This document shows positions 30,275-40,600 of a DNA stretch of 64,000 bases, in pieces. Source of the DNA: Candidatus Poribacteria bacterium (GTDB lineage Bacteria > Poribacteria > WGA-4E > WGA-3G). The notes beneath the pieces were generated by a model that was not told the DNA's origin, did not search any database, and saw nothing but the letters and a program-made list of their open reading frames with translations. The number at the start of each line of letters is the position of its first letter. Within the stretch, counting starts at the first letter, position 1. The translations under genes and the position numbers were made by a program. Location: assembly GCA_965198235.1 (NCBI GenBank), contig OZ240248.1, forward strand, positions 4,576,001 to 4,640,000, read 5' to 3'.

Positions 30275-30457
30275 ATAGAACTTGCTTGACACAACGCATT
30301 TTTTCAGACACATCACATTTTTCCCAACTTTTTTGCAACTTTATTATCCAATAGGTGTGTCTTTAGGATGTAAACAGAAAAAATCAAGAAAAATAGACGG
30401 TTCCGATCACTTCCGGGATCGGACCTAACATTAAATTACACTGGGAGGTTTTATATC

Positions 30458-32086
30458 ATGTCCAGACTCAGCACCACACTGCGTACCACTGTACGGGTAA
30501 TTTTGGTCTTAGCAGTACTCATTGTCGCGGCGGGGGTTATCATTGACCGGGATGCAAATGAGTTCACGCTACAAACTGCCGTCGGGCAGACGAACGATAC
30601 ACTTCAAACATCAGAAGATTTCCTGCACTTGGAACGTGCAAATCGAGCATTTATTGATTTGGTGGCGCGGACGCGTCCTGCTGTTGTCCAAATTACAACA
30701 AAAACAGAACGAAATAGAAGCACAACCTCGCAAAGACAGCAGATGTCCCCTGAGCAAGAAGAGCAATTTAGAGACTTTTTTGGAGATGAGCTCTTCAGAC
30801 GTTTCTTTCGAGAGCAAGTGCCGCGCCAGCAGCAAGTGCCGCGCCAACTACTCCCGGATCCGGAGCCTGCTACAGGTATTGGGTCGGGTGTGATTGTTAG
30901 TGATGACGGCTATGTTTTGACGAATAACCATGTCATTGAAGGTACTGATGAAATTACAGTCACCTTGGCAAGTGGTCATGCGTATGAAGCGGAATTGATC
31001 GGTAGCGATCCAGCACTTCGTAATGGTGGTGGTAGTGATTTGGCGGTTGTTAAAATTGAAGCAAAAGACCTTCCTGTGCTCCCGTTTGGGGATTCGGATG
31101 CACTTGAGGTCGGCGAGTGGGTTATTGCAATCGGAACACCGCTTAACTTATCGCAAACCGTGACGCGCGGTATTGTTAGTGCGAAGGGTAGAGATAAGGT
31201 TGGCAATATCCCGTTCAGTAGTTTCATTCAAACAGATTCCCCGATTAATCGCGGTAACAGCGGGGGTGCTCTGATTAACATCCGTGGGGAATTAGTCGGA
31301 ATTAACACCTTAATTGCCACCGGTGGTTTTTCCATGGGAAATATCGGTCTCGGTTTTGCGATTCCGAGTAACACCGCACGACACAACATGGTACAGCTTA
31401 TTGAGCATGGTGAGGTGGAACGCGGCTGGCTCGGAATCAAAATGCACGTTGTTGATCGAGATTTAGCAGAAAAACTGAACCTTGAAATTCCGCGTGGGGT
31501 GCTCGTCGAGACGGTCGGAATGAATAGTCCTGCTCAAAAAGCAGGAATCCAAAGAGGGGATGTTATCGTCTCTTTTGATGGTCAAGAAATCCGAGATTGG
31601 AATCATCTCAGGCATGTTGTCGGTGCAACAGGGGTAGGCAAATCTGTTGATGTCGTCGTGTTACGGAAGGGCGGCGAAGAAAAGCAGCTAACTGTTAGGT
31701 TGGGTAAACGCACCGAAGAAGCCAGGGCAACACTCGATGAGTATGAGAAAAAAGGTTCTCAATCTGCGGAGACAGAGGCCTTTGCCGGCATTCGAGTCCA
31801 AAATCTGACCCCTGCGATTGCTGAGCGTTACGGTTACTCGTCAGATGAAAAAGGCGTAATTGTAACACAGGTTGAACGCCGGAGCAATGCAGAGAAAAAA
31901 GGTATCGTCCCCGGATCTCTCATTCAAGAAATGGAGTGGACATCAATTGACGACCTTGAGACATATTCCCGTCTTGCTGAGCGACTCACAAACGAAAAGA
32001 AAAAGCAAGTGCTTCTCTATGTCAAGTCTCCGAATGGACAGGGTGGCGGGTATGTGACGATAAAGATTTCCACATCAGACAGATAA
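30458..32086 (+). CDS. degP: DegP/HtrA (Do family) serine protease with two PDZ domains
   Basis: GSGVIV, TNNHV, DLAVVK and INRGNSGGAL motifs; N-terminal membrane anchor. Confidence 0.9.
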   Translation: MSRLSTTLRTTVRVILVLAVLIVAAGVIIDRDANEFTLQTAVGQTNDTLQTSEDFLHLERANRAFIDLVARTRPAVVQITTKTERNRSTTSQRQQMSPEQEEQFRDFFGDELFRRFFREQVPRQQQVPRQLLPDPEPATGIGSGVIVSDDGYVLTNNHVIEGTDEITVTLASGHAYEAELIGSDPALRNGGGSDLAVVKIEAKDLPVLPFGDSDALEVGEWVIAIGTPLNLSQTVTRGIVSAKGRDKVGNIPFSSFIQTDSPINRGNSGGALINIRGELVGINTLIATGGFSMGNIGLGFAIPSNTARHNMVQLIEHGEVERGWLGIKMHVVDRDLAEKLNLEIPRGVLVETVGMNSPAQKAGIQRGDVIVSFDGQEIRDWNHLRHVVGATGVGKSVDVVVLRKGGEEKQLTVRLGKRTEEARATLDEYEKKGSQSAETEAFAGIRVQNLTPAIAERYGYSSDEKGVIVTQVERRSNAEKKGIVPGSLIQEMEWTSIDDLETYSRLAERLTNEKKKQVLLYVKSPNGQGGGYVTIKISTSDR

Positions 32087-32198
32087 TTAACAAGGTGGAC
32101 CCACTATATTGTGTGTTCACGGATTAATGCTTGACGGATAGTTGTTTTTGTGATATACTCCTCGAAAACAACTATCCTTTATTACATTAATGAGGTTC

Positions 32199-33209
32199 AT
32201 GTTGGAGATGAAGGGACAACGGGTTGTTTGGCCCGATCGCGCTAAAGTTGACGTTGAGACGTTTATGCTACCACCTATCGGAGATGATGACGTTCTTGTT
32301 GCAACAGAATGCACACTCATCAGTCCCGGTACGGAACGCGCGTTTTTATTAGGGCTCCCGAATGCACAAGGGAGATACCCAACCCGTCCGGGTTATAGTA
32401 ATATCGGCAGAGTGGTGGACGTTGGAAAGGCAGTCACTGATTGTAAGGTAGGTGATCGCGTCGCTTCAACACAGGGACATACCAGCCACTTTGTAACCTC
32501 GCCAAGTCGCTTGCTAAGGATAGCTTCCGCCGATGTTCCAGCCGAAGAAGCGGTTTTCTTTAATCTCGGCGCGATTGCCCTGCAAGGTGTCCGCAAGGCG
32601 CGAATTGAATTGGGAGAAGCGACACTGGTTTTGGGGCAGGGGCTTATCGGCTTGTCGGCGATGCAACTCTCTAAATTGAGTGGAGCCCTACCGCTTATTA
32701 CTGCGGATCTCACTGATAGTCGTCTTGAACTCTCTAAAAGAGTGGGAGCAGACTACACCTTCAATCCAGAAGATGCTGATTTCTCCGAACAGTTAGGTGA
32801 TGCCACCAAAGGCGATGGACCAGCAGTTGTTATTGAGGCAACTGGACACCCAGACGCAATCAGCACCGCTTTAGATGTTGCGGGACGGGGCGCGCGGGTC
32901 GTGTTGCTGGCGAGTACCCGTGGGGAAACACCGAGTGTGAACTTCTATCGCGATGTGCATAAAAAAGGGCTCATTTTGTACGGTGCACACAATTCTATCC
33001 GCCCGCGTCAAGAGTCTTCACCAAATTTCTGGACGCTTGAAGAGGATAGTCTCTTGCTGCTATCGCTCATCACACAGAAACGGTTCAACGTTATTCCGTT
33101 GATTAGCCATCGCGTCCCCGGAGAAGATGCAGCAAAAGCATATCAACTCCTCATGGAGTGGAACCCCGGCTTACTCGGTGTTGTTCTTCAATGGAACGAC
33201 AGCATGTAG
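32199..33209 (+). CDS. Medium-chain dehydrogenase/reductase (Zn-binding ADH superfamily; start uncertain)
   Basis: ISPGTE, PGYS, GDRV, GQGLIG and VIEATG motifs. Confidence 0.85.
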   Translation: MLEMKGQRVVWPDRAKVDVETFMLPPIGDDDVLVATECTLISPGTERAFLLGLPNAQGRYPTRPGYSNIGRVVDVGKAVTDCKVGDRVASTQGHTSHFVTSPSRLLRIASADVPAEEAVFFNLGAIALQGVRKARIELGEATLVLGQGLIGLSAMQLSKLSGALPLITADLTDSRLELSKRVGADYTFNPEDADFSEQLGDATKGDGPAVVIEATGHPDAISTALDVAGRGARVVLLASTRGETPSVNFYRDVHKKGLILYGAHNSIRPRQESSPNFWTLEEDSLLLLSLITQKRFNVIPLISHRVPGEDAAKAYQLLMEWNPGLLGVVLQWNDSM

Positions 33210-33458
33210 ATTTTCTAACGATTGCTTCTGAGCTGCTGTGTTCTGCTGCTTCGCAGTGAGAATGCAGTATTCTAATCGTGAAAAAACTATTGATAACCCA
33301 GAAACGGTTCGACTTAACCAAAAACTACCCTTTTAATATACCAAAGCACGCAGCCTAAAACGAAGTGGAAGGGTTTTTGCTTGGGGGTTTCTTCAGATTT
33401 GCGGAAGGGAACGTGAAAGCCCAATCCACGCACCTTAACCGCAAGGAATAATTAAAAA

Positions 33459-35615
33459 ATGGCACGCGAATATCCAATTGAAAACGTGCGCAATATCGGC
33501 ATTGCAGCGCACATTGATGCTGGCAAAACAACCACGACTGAACGGATTCTTTTCTACACCGGTAAAAAGCATAAGATCGGGGCAGTGGATGATGGTACTG
33601 CTGAGATGGATTGGATGTTACAGGAACGAGAACGCGGTGTAACGATTACTGCTGCCGCGACGACCTGTTTCTGGCGAGAACATGCAATTCACCTTATTGA
33701 CACACCCGGACATGTCGATTTCACAGTGGAAGTGGAACGATCCTTGCGGGTTTTAGATGGTGCGATTGCCCTATTCTGTGCTGTCGGGGGGGTCGAGCCA
33801 CAGTCAGAGACGGTTTGGCATCAAGCCGAACGCTACGATGTACCACGCATCGTCTTCGTTAATAAGATGGATAGGGTTGGCGCAAATTTCACTCGCGTTC
33901 TGGAAATGATGCAGGAACAGTTAGGTGCCAACCCCCTACCTCTCCAATTGCCGATGGGTGAAGGTGCCGATTTTGTTGGTGTCATTGATCTCGTGACGCA
34001 GAAGGCGATGCGCTGGGACGCCACCGACCTCGGACAGACGTATGTGGAGGCAGAGATTCCACCTGAATTTCAAGATGAAGTGGCACAAGCACGGGAAGCC
34101 CTCTACGAGAGTGTTGCTGTCGAAGATGAAGTTTTGCTTGAAAAATATTTGGGTGGTGAAGAAATAACTCATGCCGAGTTACTAACGGTTATCCGCGCAG
34201 CTACGTTGCGAGGAAAACTCTTTCCCGTGCTTTGTGGAAGTTCTTTAAAGAATCAAGGCGTTCAACCTCTATTGGATGCGGTAATTGATTTTCTGCCATC
34301 CCCTGTTGACGTTCCTCCTATTGAAGGGACTGTATCACATCCCGCTTCTGGTGGTGAGCGTTCCAAACGCGCGAAAAATGCATCCGCAGAGCAGGATATA
34401 GTGACACGCACCGCAAATGATAATGCCCCGTTTTCGGCGTTGGCATTTAAAGTGGCAAACCATCCAACGGTGGACAAACTCGTATACTGTCGTATCTATT
34501 CTGGTGTGCTCAAGCGCGGGGAGGTCGTCTATAACGTCCGTTCCGAAAAACGGGAACGCATTAACCGTATCTTACAGATGCACGCCAATAAAGAGGCAGT
34601 CTGTGACGCAGCTTACGCCGGTGATATTGTTGCGCTCGTTGGACTTAAGGATACCAAGACCGGAGATACTGTTACTGATCCGAGAGAGCCTATTCTGTTA
34701 GAATCCATCACCTTCCCGGATCCAGTGATCTCAATTGCTATTGAACCTGAGCGCGCGAGCGATGCGGATGCCTTGGAGGAAACACTCGAAAAATTGATGG
34801 ACGAGGACCCAACCTTCACTGTGGGAATCGACAAAGAGACCGGACAACGGATTATCTCTGGTATGGGTGAACTCCATTTAGAGGTTCTCACAGACCGCAT
34901 GATACGCGAATTCGGGGTCAACGCTCGGGTAAGCAAACTGCAGGTAGCGTATCGTGAAACTATCAGTACGCTTGCAGAGGCACGCGGGACACATATCCAT
35001 AAAACAGATGAAGAAGGTATATACGGTGATGTACTGTTAACAGTTGAACCATTAGCGCGCGGTGAAGGATTTCAGTTTGAGGATAACACAGACGAAACGC
35101 AAATTCTGCGGCAGTACGTCCCGTTTATCGAGAAGGCGTTGGAAGGTGCTATGGGGACAGGTCCCCGCATCGGATATCCGATGCAGGACGTAAAGGTTAC
35201 GCTCACGGGTGGCTCCTACCATCCAACGGATTCTTCGGAAGTAGCGTTTGAAGCGGCAGCAGTCTTGGCGTTTGAAAATGCGACAAGAAAGGCGAATCCT
35301 GTGTTGTTAGAACCAATTATGCGGATGCATATTACTGTCTCTGATGAGCATGTTGGTAAAGTCATTGGTGACCTGAATTCACGTCGGGCACAGATTAATG
35401 AGAGCACAACCCAAGATGCATCCGATACAAGACATCTGTCGCAATTGACTCAAAACGTCATCAATGCCTTTATACCGCTTTCAGAGACGTTTCAGTACAC
35501 AACGCGGCTTCGATCAATGACCCAGGGACGTGGGGCATTTACATTGGAATTTTCACATTATGAAGTCGTGCCGTCGTCTCTCGCCCCGGATCAGAATCGT
35601 GTCAGTTCGGCTTAG
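33459..35615 (+). CDS. fusA: Elongation factor G paralogue outside the str operon
   Basis: [33 protein letters not shown] and LRSMTQGRG motifs; divergent domain IV loops. Confidence 0.9.
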   Translation: MAREYPIENVRNIGIAAHIDAGKTTTTERILFYTGKKHKIGAVDDGTAEMDWMLQERERGVTITAAATTCFWREHAIHLIDTPGHVDFTVEVERSLRVLDGAIALFCAVGGVEPQSETVWHQAERYDVPRIVFVNKMDRVGANFTRVLEMMQEQLGANPLPLQLPMGEGADFVGVIDLVTQKAMRWDATDLGQTYVEAEIPPEFQDEVAQAREALYESVAVEDEVLLEKYLGGEEITHAELLTVIRAATLRGKLFPVLCGSSLKNQGVQPLLDAVIDFLPSPVDVPPIEGTVSHPASGGERSKRAKNASAEQDIVTRTANDNAPFSALAFKVANHPTVDKLVYCRIYSGVLKRGEVVYNVRSEKRERINRILQMHANKEAVCDAAYAGDIVALVGLKDTKTGDTVTDPREPILLESITFPDPVISIAIEPERASDADALEETLEKLMDEDPTFTVGIDKETGQRIISGMGELHLEVLTDRMIREFGVNARVSKLQVAYRETISTLAEARGTHIHKTDEEGIYGDVLLTVEPLARGEGFQFEDNTDETQILRQYVPFIEKALEGAMGTGPRIGYPMQDVKVTLTGGSYHPTDSSEVAFEAAAVLAFENATRKANPVLLEPIMRMHITVSDEHVGKVIGDLNSRRAQINESTTQDASDTRHLSQLTQNVINAFIPLSETFQYTTRLRSMTQGRGAFTLEFSHYEVVPSSLAPDQNRVSSA

Positions 35616-35620
35616 CGTGT

Positions 35621-36802
35621 TCAATGTCCGTATGCTTTCATCACCTTTTGCAGCTCCGCCAACGGAATCGCGTACATCGTTCTGCCGTTGCGCCCAGTGG
35701 TTGTAGTTGCCATTGTCATGGAATTGACGATAGCCTCCTCTGTGGCTTCAATAACTGCTTGAAAGAGTGAATTTAGCCGTCCGTTTACGAGCATCTGGAT
35801 TTGGAATGTGCCGGTTTCGGTCCGACTTGGAAAAATGTTCGCGGTGGAAAACGCGATGACGAATTCACCGCTACCGTCAGTACTCGGTGTTCCCGTGCGA
35901 GCGAGCCCATGCGTAGCACGAATCGCTAACTGTTTCAATTGGCGATGTGTCAACGGGGCATCCGTCGCGATAACAATAATGAACGAACCATCTCTACGGG
36001 GTTTCGGTGGGGATCCGATAATTTCCTTACCGACAGGGACACCATCAATTCGCAGTTGCGAACGACGACCCCCGTTGGAATTAACAAGGACACCCACTGT
36101 CCATCCACCACGTTCTTCAGGTAGGACGCGGGAGGCGGTGCCGATACCGGCTTTGAAACCGTAGCATCGCATGCCAGTGCCGCCGCCAACGCATCCTTCG
36201 GTTACGGGACCACCGGTGGCGTTCTCAATCGCTTCAATCGCATGCTGTGCTGTGACATGTAGTCCGCTGATGTCGTTCAAACCACCATCGTAGCACTCCG
36301 CTACAATTGGTAGCACGATGTTGTTGTCTGGATACCGTTTCACAATGTAACGCACAACGCCGTCATGGACTGCCCCAACACTGAGCGTATTTGTGAGCAA
36401 AATGGGAGATTCAATCCACCCGGCTTGATTGATACGGGCGATGCCGGTTGCTTCACCATTGCCGTGAATGATATGTGCCGCGCCAAATAGGCGTGCTGTC
36501 CAAATATCATCACTTGGAAGGATAGCAGTAACACCGGTACGAATTGAATCGCCTTCGTTCAGGGTAACGTGTCCGACTTTCACACCCTCTACATCAGTGA
36601 TGGCATTGTGTGTGCCGGTTGGAATGGTACCGATCTGGATACCGATGTCGCGTCCCCGCGCACGATGGTTTAGATCTGCGCCTTCAGCATCGGTGCTACA
36701 TAGAGGATACGTCCAAAGAGCACCAGTGAGAACGACGAAGAACAGCGTTTTTGCGTAGTGCAAGGATCTGAGACCTTGCATCTTTTTAAGAAGTTTCTGC
36801 AT
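35621..36802 (-). CDS. DmpA/P1 (S58) family aminopeptidase, probably exported
   Basis: NAITDVEGVKVGH, TGVTAI, EGCVGGGTGM, DGS cleavage site and EATEEAI. Confidence 0.9.
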   Translation of the reverse strand: MQKLLKKMQGLRSLHYAKTLFFVVLTGALWTYPLCSTDAEGADLNHRARGRDIGIQIGTIPTGTHNAITDVEGVKVGHVTLNEGDSIRTGVTAILPSDDIWTARLFGAAHIIHGNGEATGIARINQAGWIESPILLTNTLSVGAVHDGVVRYIVKRYPDNNIVLPIVAECYDGGLNDISGLHVTAQHAIEAIENATGGPVTEGCVGGGTGMRCYGFKAGIGTASRVLPEERGGWTVGVLVNSNGGRRSQLRIDGVPVGKEIIGSPPKPRRDGSFIIVIATDAPLTHRQLKQLAIRATHGLARTGTPSTDGSGEFVIAFSTANIFPSRTETGTFQIQMLVNGRLNSLFQAVIEATEEAIVNSMTMATTTTGRNGRTMYAIPLAELQKVMKAYGH

Positions 36803-37334
36803 TTTCTAATTGATTCCTATAGATTCTGCGAATGTGGTTAAAAATAGCGATATATGTTGGTAATCGGTAATCGGGATAACTCCACTCCCAGGGTTGGAAC
36901 GTTTTGCGATAGAAGCGGAGTGTGATTTCGGCATAAATACCGTCGCTGAGGTAGATACGATGGGCATGGTCTTTCGTTGACGCAAGCACCAATTTTGCCA
37001 AGCAGATGTAACCTGCGTCTAAATTGACACGCCGCGCGTCTCCTTCGGACTTTTTTATAGCAAAAGCTTGCTCCACGTTATTTGTGAACAACTTCATTTC
37101 TGCCAGTGCACCGGCATCGATAAGTCTTTCAAAACTGATAAATTGTCGTTGGATGTCTGGTCCCATTTCAGCCTCGTAGTAGGCTGTGCTCGTGAAAGGC
37201 ATCAATTCACTTGTGTAATCAATGGGTCCAAGGCGATGTGTCAGTTCAGTATAAACGGTTGGCAGGAGGGTGGGTTCCGCTATTAGCACGCCGATGATTG
37301 CTTTAACCGATAGCGGTGTTGTGATGGCTCCCAT
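36786..37334 (-). CDS. DUF4416 family protein
   Basis: FTSTAYYEAEMG, RRVNLDAGY, LASTKDHAHRIYL and WSYPDY; GGAGG RBS before ATG 37334. Confidence 0.8.
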   Translation of the reverse strand: MGAITTPLSVKAIIGVLIAEPTLLPTVYTELTHRLGPIDYTSELMPFTSTAYYEAEMGPDIQRQFISFERLIDAGALAEMKLFTNNVEQAFAIKKSEGDARRVNLDAGYICLAKLVLASTKDHAHRIYLSDGIYAEITLRFYRKTFQPWEWSYPDYRLPTYIAIFNHIRRIYRNQLENAETS

Positions 37335-37550
37335 GTTATCCTCCGTAGTCCAAAATCCATCGTACAACCTTAAAATCCACGTCCTGATCCTCGATAGTGT
37401 GAACTTCAAGTTCATCAAGTATAGCGAATTGCGTTTAACACATCAACGCTTCATTTATTACTATAAAATTCTATAAAAATTGCGGTTTTGGGGATCAGTC
37501 TCCTACATTATTGCATTAAATTGAAAAAAAGTGGTTTTTTTATTTTTTTC

Positions 37551-37579
37551 TTGACATTTTACGAAATATAATGTATAAT
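37551..37579 (+). promoter_or_regulatory. Consensus sigma70 promoter of rpoBC
   Basis: TTGACA-17 nt-TATAAT. Confidence 0.85.
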
Positions 37580-37694
37580 ATTCTGTTATGCTATGTCACC
37601 ATATTAAGACGGAAAAAGCAGTTGAGGAAGCAGGCTTTTTCAAAAGTCTATTTGTAAACTGCGTAACCACCGCCAAGTAGGGAGACTCCATTCA

Positions 37695-40600
37695 GTGAAC
37701 AAAAAGCCCATCCAGAAAAATGTGAGGATGTCTTTTGCCAAAACGCAGGTTCGGACCCCACTCCCGAACCTCATAGAGACCCAAAAACTTGCATATGATG
37801 CCTTCTTACAACAAGATATCCCACCTAATGAACGTCCGGATACTGGCCTCCAAGCGGTGTTTAAGGAAGTATTTCCGATTCGCGATTTTTCGGAGGTTAA
37901 CAGTCTTGAATTTGTCAATTACAGCCTTGGCACACCGAAATATACTCTCCAAGAATGTGTTGCGCGCGGTGTAACATATCAAGTATCCCTTACTGCCCGT
38001 ATTATGCTTGTCCTGCGTGAAGCAGACTCGGATGCAGATGAACCTCACGTTGTGGATATCCGAGAGTCCGATGTATATCTCGGCGAAGTTCCTTTAATGA
38101 CTGAAAATGGCAGCTTCATTGTCAATGGTAGTGAACGTGTGATCGTGAGCCAGCTGCACCGTTCGCCGGGTGTTATTTTTCTTGAAAAGGCATTGCCGAC
38201 GGGACGGCGTACACCGACTGCCCAAATTATTCCCTATCGAGGGGCTTGGGTCGAATTTGAAATAGACACCAAAGATCAGATTTATGTGCGCATTGACAAG
38301 CGTAGAAAACTGCCGGCTACTGTGCTTCTTCGTGCACTCGGTTGGGAGTCGGACGCAGATATCCTGAAGCTTTACGCCAAGACGGAACGACTTGTACTTG
38401 CCGGGTGGCAGGTTACGCATGTAGAAGGACCAGCAAAGAAAATCACATCTGGTGATTTGTTGGATGCTGCGGACTTTCGACAAGCCAGCAGAGACTATCC
38501 TGACCTTGAGGTAGAGAAGAGTTATCGTGTTATAGAAGTAACTGATAAGGACTGCCCACTGGAGATTGGACAAGCACTCACATATAAGAATCGGACGAGC
38601 CTTCGCAGAAAATGGAAGGGCTTTGAAACTGAGCTTCTTCGGCGTGTTGTTGACACCCACAATAGTGGGTGTGAGCTCATTCCCGAACAAGTGCTAACAA
38701 ATTCGGAATACGAAGAGGGGCGTGCCCGCTACGGAAGCAAAGCATTCGCAGCTGAACAGATTTTGTCCCAAGACAGCCAGGAAAGTGTCGGTAGGGTCTG
38801 CGCTGAAGACGTTATCAACCCAGAAACTGGCGAAGTGCTCCTCACAGCGAATACGCTGCTCACCGAAACGGAATTGGAACGTCTCAGTGAGACTGGTGTT
38901 GAGGCACTTACAGTACTGGATGAGGAAGATTGCCAGCACATCCGATTTTTGCGTAATACATTGGAGCGCGACCGACAGGCGGACTATGAGGAACCCTATA
39001 CTTTACAAGATGCCGCACTGCTTGAGATTTTCCGCACGCTGAGACCCGGAGATCCTGCTGGTATAGAGAACGCTCGTAAACACCTTTCATGGTTGCTCTT
39101 TGACCCGCACCGATACGATTTAGGTGTAGTTGGACGGTACAAACTGAATCGAAAATTCCAGAATATTCCCGTTTATGGTGAGCCACCTGAAGAGACTTTG
39201 CGCACGCTCCGTCCCGAAGATATTGCCGCTACGGTAGATTATCTTCTTAAAGTCCACAACGGGATTGCTCCGAAAGACGATCTTGATCATCTCGGTAATC
39301 GCCGCGTACGTGTTATCGGTGAGTTACTCGAAAACCAGTTCCGAATGGGTTTATTCCAGATTCGCAGAACTACGCGCGAACGCTTGAGTACCAACAATGA
39401 TATTGCGAAGGTCGTCCCGTCTTCGCTCATAAATCCGAAACCGCTGATGATGGCACTCCGGGAATTTTTTGGATCGAACCAGCTGTCGCAGTTTATGCAA
39501 CAGATTAATCCGTTGGATGAATTGACGCATAAGCGTCGTATCTCAGCAATTGGTCCAGGTGGGCTTCACCGAGATAGAGCAACGGCAGCCGTTCGGGATG
39601 TACATCGAACGCACTATGGACGTGTCTGCCCCTTGGAGACACCTGAGGGACCATCCATCGGTCTTATCGTTTCTTTGGCGTGTTATGGACGGATAAACCC
39701 TTATGGTTTTATAGAGACCCCTTATCATAAGGTTGAGGACGGTTCGGTGTTGGATCCAGTGGAATATCTGACAGCAGATAGTGAGGATACTGCTTACATT
39801 GCTGCAAAGGCGATCTCGAACGATGCCGAACAAGCTGGAAATGGTGAGGCATCGGGGTTACAAACCCCTCCTACAGAGCAGATGCTGCCTGTACGCAGTG
39901 GGGAGGATGTGCTGTCGCTTCCGATGGAAAAAGTGGACTATATCGGTGTTTCTCCACAGCAGATAGTCGGCATTTCTGCTGCGTTGGTTCCGTTTCTGGA
40001 ACATGAGGACGCAAACCGGGCATTGATGGGTGCTAATCACCAACGTCAGGCTGTGCCGCTTGTCCGTCCAGAAGCACCGCTCGTCGGAACGGGGATGGAA
40101 GCCCCGGCGGCACTGTATTCAGGTGCACTCATCACCGCTAAGCGAGCTGGTACCGTCACAAGTGTTTCCGCCGATGAGATCCTCATATATACTGGCGAAA
40201 CACTTCATCATGACAAGGGTGAGAATACGTTCAGCGAAATGGGCTACGATGTTTACAAACTCCAAACATTCAAACGGAGTAATAGCGGCACCTGTATTCA
40301 CCAGCACCCCATCGTTGCAGTGGGCGATAAAGTTGAAGCCGGACAGGTTATTGTGGATGGCACCTCTACAGAGAGCGGTGAACTCGCTCTTGGGCGGAAT
40401 GTGCTGTGCGCTTATATGCCGTGGGGCGGTCACAATTACGAGGACTCTATCCTGATAAGTGAGACACTCATCAAGGAAGATATCTTCACCTCTATCCACA
40501 TTGAAGAATTTGAAGTGGAGGCACGTGAGACGAAAGTGGGCCCGGAGGAAATCACCCGTGATATTCCGAACGTTAGCGAGCAGCGGCTTACACAACTTGA

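Noticed and set aside
30813-30847. Short tandem duplication in degP (QVPRQQQVPRQ)
   Set aside because: A small duplication in a variable linker with no sign of function
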